Assembly: GCF_000016745.1 (NCBI RefSeq)
Contig: NC_009483.1
Span: 4,530,001 to 4,562,000 of the forward strand
Source of the DNA: Geotalea uraniireducens Rf4
Lineage (GTDB): Bacteria; Desulfobacterota; Desulfuromonadia; Geobacterales; Geobacteraceae
Reading direction: 5' to 3'
DNA: 32,000 bases
Position 1 is the stretch's first letter. The number at the start of each line of letters is the position of its first letter. The notes below the pieces were generated by a model. The model ran no database searches, was not told the DNA's origin, and worked only from the letters and a program-made list of their open reading frames with translations. The translations under genes were made by a program, and so were the position numbers. Shown piece after piece: positions 15,731 through 23,087 of the stretch.

Positions 15731-16192
15731 TTAGATGTAGTAGTGCAAGACCCCTTTACCCTGCTGCTCCGCCTTCTCGGTACGCTCAAGTACATCTGCA
15801 AGGGTTGTTCCGTCGAGGATCTTGGCCATCGCATCACGGACATCCTTCATCATCAACCGGATGCCGCAGGTTCTTTCATCCACGCATTCATCACATTTTG
15901 CATAGGCGGTTTCGCTCACGCAGGGAACCGGGGCCAACGGTCCCTCAAGAATCCGTATTACGGTGCCCATACTGATATCCTTGGGAGACTTACCCAGGTA
16001 GTAGCCTCCCCCCTTACCTTTCCTGCTCTGGAGTATGCCGTTGTTTTTCAGGGTCAGCAGGATCAGCTCCAGGAATTTTTTCGGGATCCGCTCATCCCGC
16101 GCAAGATCCGCAATCAGGATCGGCCCCTTGTCATAGACCCTGGCGAGATAAATAATCGCCTTTAAGGCGTATTTTGTTTTTTTGGAAATCAT
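15731..16192 (-). CDS. Rrf2-family transcriptional regulator with a Cys-rich (probable Fe-S) segment
   Basis: The N-terminal wHTH reads 'MISKKTKYALKAIIYLA...IADLARDERIPKKFLELILLTLKNNGILQSRKGKGGGYYL'. The cysteines are 'PCVSETAYAKCDECVDERTC'. Confidence 0.85.
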   Translation of the reverse strand: MISKKTKYALKAIIYLARVYDKGPILIADLARDERIPKKFLELILLTLKNNGILQSRKGKGGGYYLGKSPKDISMGTVIRILEGPLAPVPCVSETAYAKCDECVDERTCGIRLMMKDVRDAMAKILDGTTLADVLERTEKAEQQGKGVLHYYI

Positions 16193-16195
16193 TTG

Positions 16196-16212
16196 GATAC
16201 CCTACTAAGTCG
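16196..16212 (-). promoter_or_regulatory. Operator-like motif site F (CTTAGTAGGGTATC), weaker match, in the Rrf2 5' UTR
   Basis: Shares the TTAGTAG core. It lies between the predicted -10 element and the Rrf2 start codon. Confidence 0.25.
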
Positions 16213-16221
16213 ATGGATTGT

Positions 16222-16250
16222 ACTTTATATTTGTTTATTCAAACTGTCAA
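16222..16250 (-). promoter_or_regulatory. Sigma70-like promoter TTGACA-N17-TAAAGT for the Rrf2 gene
   Basis: The hexamers and spacing were read on the minus strand. Confidence 0.45.
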
Positions 16251-16259
16251 GAAAACATT

Positions 16260-16964
16260 TCAGGCAATGTCAATTTTTTCTGCGGTTTTTTCCTTGTCCT
16301 TGAGAAAGACGACAAAAGCACCCGCCCCCCCCATCTGCCGCGGGGCGGGAGAGAACTCGGCGACCATCCCCTTTCCCTTGTCGCGCAGCCAGCCTGCCAC
16401 AGCCGTTTGCAGGACCGGCTCGCCGGGAGAATTATTCCCCTTGCCGGTAATGACCAGCACCCCCTTCTGACCGCGATTGTACGCACCGCCGATAAAGCGC
16501 GCCAGGTTTTCCAGTGCCTCGTCCCTGGTCAAGCCGTGCAGGTCGAGCTGGAAATCGATACGGATCGTCCCCCGCCTCAACTGCCGCAGCCTGTTGGACG
16601 GCAACGGCCGAAGAGGCGAAACATCTTCGGGCAACTCATCCTGGAAGACCACATCCATCTCCAGCTTTTCCAATGCCTGGAGAAAGAGGCGCCGCTCCTC
16701 CTCGTCGATCTTGCGCGCTATGGGTGCTGCCGGCTTCGGCGCCTTGCCGGGAGTTGAAGCTGGGGGATGCAATCTGCGCACATCGGAAAATTCGCGCAGG
16801 AACAACTCCGCGTCATCCAACTCTTTGACTACGGGCTTCGGCTGCGGAACCGCATCAGCCTTGGCGCCGGAGCCCGCCGGCATCGCCTGGACCCCCTTCA
16901 GCGCCTTAAAGGGGGAGTTGACAAAAGGCTTGCTCTTTGGTTGTGTTTTTTTATCCTTTTTCAT
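16260..16964 (-). CDS. Smr (MutS2-related small nuclease) domain protein
   Basis: C-terminal Smr domain 'LDLHGLTRDEALENLARFI...GVLVITGKGNNS...LQTAVAGWL'. Start chosen at MKKDKKTQPK (ATG 16964). Confidence 0.75.
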   Translation of the reverse strand: MKKDKKTQPKSKPFVNSPFKALKGVQAMPAGSGAKADAVPQPKPVVKELDDAELFLREFSDVRRLHPPASTPGKAPKPAAPIARKIDEEERRLFLQALEKLEMDVVFQDELPEDVSPLRPLPSNRLRQLRRGTIRIDFQLDLHGLTRDEALENLARFIGGAYNRGQKGVLVITGKGNNSPGEPVLQTAVAGWLRDKGKGMVAEFSPAPRQMGGAGAFVVFLKDKEKTAEKIDIA

Positions 16965-17058
16965 GGGAACAGTCTTGCCTTGATTTAGTCCAAAAAGAGC
17001 CGAGGTTTGACCCAAACAACGGGCCTGGAACAAAAACCAGGAAACCGGATCCCGGCAA

Positions 17059-17922
17059 CTACTCCTTCGGCACCAGAATGATCTCAATCCTCCGGTTCTT
17101 CGCCTTCCCCTCCGGGGTATCGTTGCCGGCAACCGGTTTAAATTCGCCGTAGGCAATCGCAGCCAGGTTGGTCGGATCGATCCCCTGCTGTTGCAGGTAG
17201 CGGGTGACATTGATCGCGCGGGCAGCCGAAAGCTCCCAGTTGGTCGGGTACTTTTTCGCCAGGGCGCCGACGATCGACACATTGTCGGTATGCCCCTCGA
17301 TGCGGATCGACTTGTCCTTGATGTTTTTCAGGATATCGATCACCTTTTGCAGCACCACGAGTCCATCAGGCTTCACCTCTGCCTTGCCCGAATCGAAGAG
17401 AACGGCATCAACCATGTTCACCGTCAACTTTCCCTTCAGCTCCGAGATGGTTACCTGTCCCTGGGATATCTCGCTCTTCATCTTTTCCAGCAAGTCCTCG
17501 TAAGTCTTGCTCGTTTTCTGCACCTCTTCTTCCTTGGCTTTTTTCAGACTGGCTATATCTTCCTTCAGCTTGGCGTTCTCGTTTTCCAGGTCGGCGATCT
17601 TCTGCCGCAACTCCGAAATATTTTTCGACAGGGTATCGGATTTCGCCTTGAGCACATTGTCCAGCTCCTTGTTGTCGGCAACAAGCTTTTCCTTTTCTTT
17701 GCCCAGTCCGGCAACGTCCTTATTCAGCTTGTCTACAGTTGCCTTCAACCCTTCATTTTCAGCATTGAGGGCCTTGTACTGCTTCTGCAGCGCGACCAGA
17801 CTCTTGTCGAGGGTTTCTGCCTCCTCGACCTTCTTCAGATATTTGCCCTCACCCACCAGACAGCCGGTCAATGAAAAGGAAAGAACCGTCAATACCACCA
17901 GCAACCAGACCTTTTTCAGCAT
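17059..17922 (-). CDS. OmpA/MotB-domain lipoprotein with a long coiled coil
   Basis: Lipobox 'SLTGC', about 150 aa of heptad-rich K/E/L sequence, then an OmpA_C domain 'IRIEGHTDNVSI...NWELSAARAINVTRYL...NRRIEIIL'. AGGAGG RBS. Confidence 0.85.
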   Translation of the reverse strand: MLKKVWLLVVLTVLSFSLTGCLVGEGKYLKKVEEAETLDKSLVALQKQYKALNAENEGLKATVDKLNKDVAGLGKEKEKLVADNKELDNVLKAKSDTLSKNISELRQKIADLENENAKLKEDIASLKKAKEEEVQKTSKTYEDLLEKMKSEISQGQVTISELKGKLTVNMVDAVLFDSGKAEVKPDGLVVLQKVIDILKNIKDKSIRIEGHTDNVSIVGALAKKYPTNWELSAARAINVTRYLQQQGIDPTNLAAIAYGEFKPVAGNDTPEGKAKNRRIEIILVPKE

Positions 17923-18130
17923 AGTCAGCCTCCTTATTTATGGGAGCGGCATCAGTCGCACCCTTTTGCCGGGCAAAACGAGCCCGCATAACCCACCCCA
18001 AGAGTTGCTAATACTACCAACCGGCCAGGGCAAAGTCAACAAACTGCTCAGGAAACCAACCATTAAAGTTTTGCCCTTGAAAGCCGATACTATTGTTATC
18101 ACCGTACAGTCTCTTTGAGTCAGGAGAACA

Positions 18131-20077
18131 ATGGCTAACGACGCGATTATCCCGAATGGCAAATCATTACAGGACAAGGCATTGCTGACGTCCTCCGGCG
18201 TAGCCGTGAAAGATGCTGACTCAGGCAGCGAGATTGCCGCTCTGCTTGCCAAGGAAGGGTTTCTTTCTCCTCAAAATCTTGCCCATGCCAAAAGGGTCAA
18301 ATCCAAGCTATCTTCGCCGAAAACATTGACATCAGTGCTTCAGGAGCTGGGTTTCATCAGCAAAGAGCAACTTCGCGACGCCCTGCTGAAAAACCTGGTC
18401 TCGGTCAGAATCGGAGATCTTCTAGTCGAACTGGGTCATTTGAAACCGGCGGATCTGCAAGCGGCCCTCGGCATCCAGAAAGAATCGAACGGCGCAAAGA
18501 GACTCGGCGAGGTCCTCGTTGACAACCGCTTCATCGACGAATTGACGTTCGCCGAAACCCTCGCCTTTCAGCTCGGCTTCCCATGCCTCGATGTGGACAT
18601 AGCGGCCATCGACCGCTCCATCCTCTCCAGAGTGCCGCTTCAGACGCTCTCCGACCACAATTTCATACCGATAACGGCAAAGGACGGAAAGGTGCTGGTG
18701 GCATTTGCCGACCCACTGGACGCGCAGGACCGGGCGGTCGCGGAAAAGATCTTCGGCAACTCCATGGATTTCGCCATATCGACACGCAAGGGGATCCGCG
18801 AGGCCATCGCCTTCTTCAAACGGAGCGGCACACGGACTGACACCACGGCTGTCGACGAAAATACCATCATGGGGATCGTCAATGCGTTATTCGAGGAGGC
18901 GGTCAAGGAAGCGGTCAGCGATATCCACATCGAGCCGATGAAGGACCGGCTTCGCGTCCGTTTTCGCCGCGACGGCGTCTTACTGCTCCATAAGGATTTT
19001 CCCAAGGAGCTGGCCCCGCCGATCAGCAGTCGGATCAAGATCCTTGCCGAGGCTGATATTGCCGAAAGAAGACGCCATCAGGACGGCAGAATCCTCTACG
19101 AGAGCGACCAGAACGGTTTCACCCTCGACCTGCGCGTTTCGTTCTACGTCACCATCTATGGCGAAAAAATAGTGCTGCGGCTTTTAAATAAAAAGGGCGA
19201 ACTCCTGGACATCAAAGATATCGGCATGCCGCCACGCATGCTGGAACGGTTCCTGGACGATGCGGTTGATACGCCGAGCGGCGTGCTCATCATCACCGGC
19301 CCTACCGGTTCCGGCAAGACCTCGACCCTCTACAGTTGTGTTCACCACATGAACAACCTCAACACATCCATCATCACCGCGGAAGACCCGGTAGAGTACA
19401 TCATAGACGGCATCTCCCAGTGCTCCATCAACACAAAAATAGGCGTCACCTTTGAAGAAACGCTTCGCCACATTGTACGTCAGGACCCGGACATCATCGT
19501 ACTCGGCGAAATCCGTGACACCTTTTCAGCGGAAACGGCCATCCAGGCCGCACTCACCGGCCACAAGGTCCTTACCACCTTCCACACCGAAGACAGTATC
19601 GGAGGACTTCTCCGGCTGATGAACATGAATATAGAAGCGTTTCTCATCTCCTCAACGGTAGTCTGCGTTCTGGCGCAAAGACTGCTCCGGAAAGTCTGTC
19701 CACACTGCGCCGAACCGTACATCCCGACCCCGACCGAACTCCGCCGCCTTGGTTACGGCAATGAAGAACTGAAAGGTAATGAGTTCAAGATCGGGCGGGG
19801 CTGCAACCACTGCCGGTTCAGCGGCTATCGCGGTCGAGTCGGAATTTTTGAAATGTTGGTATTAAACGAAATGGTCAAAGACGCTATTCTCAGTAAAAAA
19901 ACGTCCTACGAAATCAGACGTATCAGCACTGAAACTTCGGGCCTCGTCACACTCATGGAATCGGGTTTGTCAAAGGCGGCAAAGGGATTGGTTTCCCTTC
20001 CTGACGCCATCAGGATGCTGCCCCGATTGGGAAAACCGCGACCGCTGAATGAAATTCGCAGACTGCTGGGAGAATAA
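18131..20077 (+). CDS. GspE/PilB/MshE-family secretion ATPase with an N-terminal MshEN-type (c-di-GMP-binding) domain
   Basis: Walker A GPTGSGKTST, 'DPDIIVLGEIRD' and a tetracysteine CPHC...CNHC. Tandem N-terminal motifs RIGDLLVELGHLKPADLQAALGIQ and RLGEVLVDNRFIDELTFAETLAFQ fit RLGxxLLxxGLLxxxxLxxxLxxQ. Confidence 0.85.
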   Translation: MANDAIIPNGKSLQDKALLTSSGVAVKDADSGSEIAALLAKEGFLSPQNLAHAKRVKSKLSSPKTLTSVLQELGFISKEQLRDALLKNLVSVRIGDLLVELGHLKPADLQAALGIQKESNGAKRLGEVLVDNRFIDELTFAETLAFQLGFPCLDVDIAAIDRSILSRVPLQTLSDHNFIPITAKDGKVLVAFADPLDAQDRAVAEKIFGNSMDFAISTRKGIREAIAFFKRSGTRTDTTAVDENTIMGIVNALFEEAVKEAVSDIHIEPMKDRLRVRFRRDGVLLLHKDFPKELAPPISSRIKILAEADIAERRRHQDGRILYESDQNGFTLDLRVSFYVTIYGEKIVLRLLNKKGELLDIKDIGMPPRMLERFLDDAVDTPSGVLIITGPTGSGKTSTLYSCVHHMNNLNTSIITAEDPVEYIIDGISQCSINTKIGVTFEETLRHIVRQDPDIIVLGEIRDTFSAETAIQAALTGHKVLTTFHTEDSIGGLLRLMNMNIEAFLISSTVVCVLAQRLLRKVCPHCAEPYIPTPTELRRLGYGNEELKGNEFKIGRGCNHCRFSGYRGRVGIFEMLVLNEMVKDAILSKKTSYEIRRISTETSGLVTLMESGLSKAAKGLVSLPDAIRMLPRLGKPRPLNEIRRLLGE

Positions 20078-20080
20078 CAC

Positions 20081-20929
20081 GTGGAAAACAAGTCATTTGT
20101 CGACATAATTAAAGAACAATCAACCGCCGAAGACCTGCAGCTTCCCCTCTTTCACCCTGTCGCTCTGAAACTTCAGCAAGTCCTGAAAAAAAGCGATTTT
20201 ACCATCGAAAGCGTCATAAACCTCATCATGAGAGATCAGGCCCTGGCCAGTCAGATACTTCGAATCGCAAATTCCGCATTTTTCAGCGGCTTGAGCAAAG
20301 TTTCGACGATACATGATGCGGTAATCCGTCTCGGGGCCAAGCAGGTTGCAAACATAGCGATGATGGCAAACCTGGAAGAAAATTACACTTTTGCCATTCC
20401 GGAACTTCGGACATTCTCCCAGGATCTCTGGAAGCACGCCATGGGATGTGCACTGGGGAGCAGATGGCTGGCAGAAAAGACGGGATACAAAAACCTTGCA
20501 CAGGAGGCTTTTTTAGGCGGACTGCTTCATGATATCGGCAAGCTCTTCATCTTGAAAGTGCTGGAAAAAATCCTGGTGACAAAGAAAACCGATCTGAAGT
20601 TTTCCAAGGCGTTAACGCTGGAAATAATGGAGTCAGTACACCGTGAATCAGGGTACTCTCTCATGCAAAAATGGAATCTGCCTGAAACGTACTGTGTAAT
20701 TGTTCGCGACCACAACCAGGAACAATCCGACTCCGGTAATGTATTACTTTCCATTGTGCGCCTCGTCGACAATACCTGCCGGAAAATCGGACTCGGATTG
20801 CACCATGATCCGACCATCGTTCTTGTTGCCACCTTTGAAGCACAAGTTCTAGGCATCAAGGAAATCATGCTTGCCGAACTTGAAATAATGCTTGAAGACA
20901 CCATGGGGATTGCTCCGCCATCGCAGTAA
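20081..20929 (+). CDS. HDOD domain protein
   Basis: '...LGGLLHDIGKLFILKVLE...' and the overall HDOD layout. The GTG start lies 4 nt after the ATPase stop, suggesting coupling. Confidence 0.75.
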   Translation: MENKSFVDIIKEQSTAEDLQLPLFHPVALKLQQVLKKSDFTIESVINLIMRDQALASQILRIANSAFFSGLSKVSTIHDAVIRLGAKQVANIAMMANLEENYTFAIPELRTFSQDLWKHAMGCALGSRWLAEKTGYKNLAQEAFLGGLLHDIGKLFILKVLEKILVTKKTDLKFSKALTLEIMESVHRESGYSLMQKWNLPETYCVIVRDHNQEQSDSGNVLLSIVRLVDNTCRKIGLGLHHDPTIVLVATFEAQVLGIKEIMLAELEIMLEDTMGIAPPSQ

Positions 20930-21041
20930 TTCCAATTTTGGAGCAATAAAAAAGGGGCCAGCCGTTATCCAGCCACCCCCTTTCCCGCCATTCACTCCCG
21001 ATGCACCGACAATGGTCGGCCAATCGACAATCCATCAACAT

Positions 21042-21413
21042 TCAGGAAAGTATCCCGCCCCGGCCAACAAACGTTTCAAAATCTTCCGCCTCGACATGCC
21101 GGCTTCGCCCCTCAGCAGCTTCGTTCTTTTTTTCATTGAGCACCGAATCAACGTCGATTCTCTTAAAACTGAGCCCAATGCCGGCTTCCGTCGTTCTGAC
21201 AACCGTTGCCGGGATCGAAAAAGAGAACTTTTCATCCGCCCCATCAAAGTTTATCGCCACTGATACCGTATCATCAACAGCCAGCGGATGCTCTGTTTTA
21301 ACAAACAGACCTCTCAAGCTCAGATCTGCAACTTCGCCTTTAAACGTTACATCGTTATGGGTAATGAGAGCTTCGGCCCGAAAACCGAACCGGTCGAATT
21401 TCCTCTGTTCCAC
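21042..21413 (-). CDS. PilZ domain protein (c-di-GMP receptor)
   Basis: RxxxR ('QRKFDR') and D/NxSxxG ('DLSLRG') motifs. GTG start with an AAGGAGGG RBS. Confidence 0.8.
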   Translation of the reverse strand: MEQRKFDRFGFRAEALITHNDVTFKGEVADLSLRGLFVKTEHPLAVDDTVSVAINFDGADEKFSFSIPATVVRTTEAGIGLSFKRIDVDSVLNEKKNEAAEGRSRHVEAEDFETFVGRGGILS

Positions 21414-21762
21414 TGGGAAACCCTCCTTTCAATTGCTGTAGCTATTAATATTCAATAGGAATCACTATTAATGAATAATGCGATTTGAACATATCGACTC
21501 TCTGAAAAATGATTTCGAGATTATCACAAGTTTTCCGAAAGCAAAAGAAAGAGTTCATAATCTTTCCCTAAACCGCCTTAATTATCATGGTCAGCCGATT
21601 TAACCTTAACGGTGCTGCCTCACATATATCCGCATTCATGTCATATTTTTGACCAACCACGACAATTTTCAGCAGCATCATCGTTGGTCGTCAAAGAATA
21701 TTCTCAGCGCCACTACGTACAAACCCTCAATGGGACAGGATCTAAAGGGGTCGGTGATACTT

Positions 21763-21778
21763 TGGCAAGCATTTTGCT
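21763..21778 (+). promoter_or_regulatory. Sigma54 (-24/-12) promoter TGGCAAGCATTTTGCT
   Basis: The GG and GC dinucleotides have the exact spacing of the TGGCACG-N4-TTGCW consensus. It lies about 120 nt upstream of the GGDEF gene start. Confidence 0.6.
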
Positions 21779-21899
21779 ATCTTAGATATGCTTTAACAAT
21801 AATTTTGCATGTGCCCTGATGGTACTAACTTGACGATCGTACGGATGACACGTTAAAACTTCCTCAAATATGCTGAAGCTGCACGGAAGGAATCCGCCA

Positions 21900-23042
21900 A
21901 TGAAGAATTTGCCCAAGAAACAAACGCCCCCTGAGAATTTTCAGGAGTTGGGAAACGGGGCCGGGCATAACAGGGAAGCAGAGCTGCAAAAGCAGTTGAA
22001 TGAGGCCCTGTTTATCGGAAAGTTCATGGGAGCCATCAATGCCACTCTCGACCCGAACGATGTTTGCGCCATTGCGGCAAGGGTCTTGTATGAACATGTC
22101 CCTTATCTCAGAATCGTTTTTTCCCTTTCAGAGAAACTTGGCAGCAACACGTTGACCTTTTCACCGGCAGAACCGAAACAATCAGGATTTAATCCCGCAG
22201 CCGCAGATTCTATTTACAATTCCGATGCGGATAGTATCAGGCAAATCCAGTGCGACAATCCGACGTTCTTATGCAACGACAACATCCGCTTCCGCCGCTA
22301 TTCCTTTGAGCTGCCGGAAGAGATGGGAAACATCGAGGTCTTTTTTGACAAACGGGCCATCAGCAGTTTATCCGTCCTCTTTTTAACCGGCGTCGCTGAA
22401 AATTTTGCGCGCACCCTCAAGAATTCCCTGGAATACAGCAAGGTGAAGGAACTTGCCATGCGGGACAGCCTCACCGGCCTGTTCAACCGCCGCGTCTTTG
22501 ACGAGATGCTGGGCCTTGAAGGAGAGCGACAGAAGTTGATGCCCTTGTCCCTGCTCCTGATCGATCTGGACGACTTTAAACAGGTCAACGACACCTTCGG
22601 CCATTCCGCAGGAGATCAGGTGCTGGCCACCTTCGGCAGAATCCTGCGGGAAAGCTGCAGAGGAGCGGACCTTGTGGCGCGCTACGGGGGCGAGGAATTT
22701 GCCGTCGTCCTGCCGACTACACCATCGTCAAAAGCTTTCGAGATCGCCCAACGCCTTCGGATCAGATTTGCCGCCACGGCATTTGCCTTTGAAGGTCGCC
22801 ACTTCAAGCTGACGGCAAGTATCGGCATTGCCTGCACCTTCGACACGTCAAGCGTCCCTGTCAGCGACCTCGTTCAACGGGCAGACAATGCACTGTATCG
22901 AGCCAAAAAGGAAGGCAAGAACAGAATCAGCGTCTATTCAACCGGAAAGGTTGAGCCTGTCGGCCGGAAAACGGAGCGCAAGAAAACCAATGCTCGGCGC
23001 CAGGCTGGCGAGTTGGCCTATGCAGGAGTGCTGACCCTGTAA
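21900..23042 (+). CDS. Diguanylate cyclase (GGDEF) with an uncharacterised N-terminal sensor region
   Basis: 'RYGGEEFAVVLP' active site, I-site RGAD five residues upstream, and 'DLDDFKQVNDTFGH'. Start chosen at ATG 21900 (GGAAGGAA RBS); alternative start at 21870. Confidence 0.88.
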   Translation: MKNLPKKQTPPENFQELGNGAGHNREAELQKQLNEALFIGKFMGAINATLDPNDVCAIAARVLYEHVPYLRIVFSLSEKLGSNTLTFSPAEPKQSGFNPAAADSIYNSDADSIRQIQCDNPTFLCNDNIRFRRYSFELPEEMGNIEVFFDKRAISSLSVLFLTGVAENFARTLKNSLEYSKVKELAMRDSLTGLFNRRVFDEMLGLEGERQKLMPLSLLLIDLDDFKQVNDTFGHSAGDQVLATFGRILRESCRGADLVARYGGEEFAVVLPTTPSSKAFEIAQRLRIRFAATAFAFEGRHFKLTASIGIACTFDTSSVPVSDLVQRADNALYRAKKEGKNRISVYSTGKVEPVGRKTERKKTNARRQAGELAYAGVLTL

Positions 23043-23087
23043 CGCCCGTTTGACCGCAACGGCCACCGCATCCACCTGCCCGCAAGG

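Noticed and set aside
18010-18085. A GEMM-I (c-di-GMP/cGAMP) riboswitch upstream of the MshE-like ATPase, suggested by 'CAGGGCAAAG' and 'UGAAAGCC'.
   Set aside because: The conserved GACGCAAAGCC element and the tetraloop/receptor arrangement are missing. The spacing does not fit the two-hairpin GEMM architecture.
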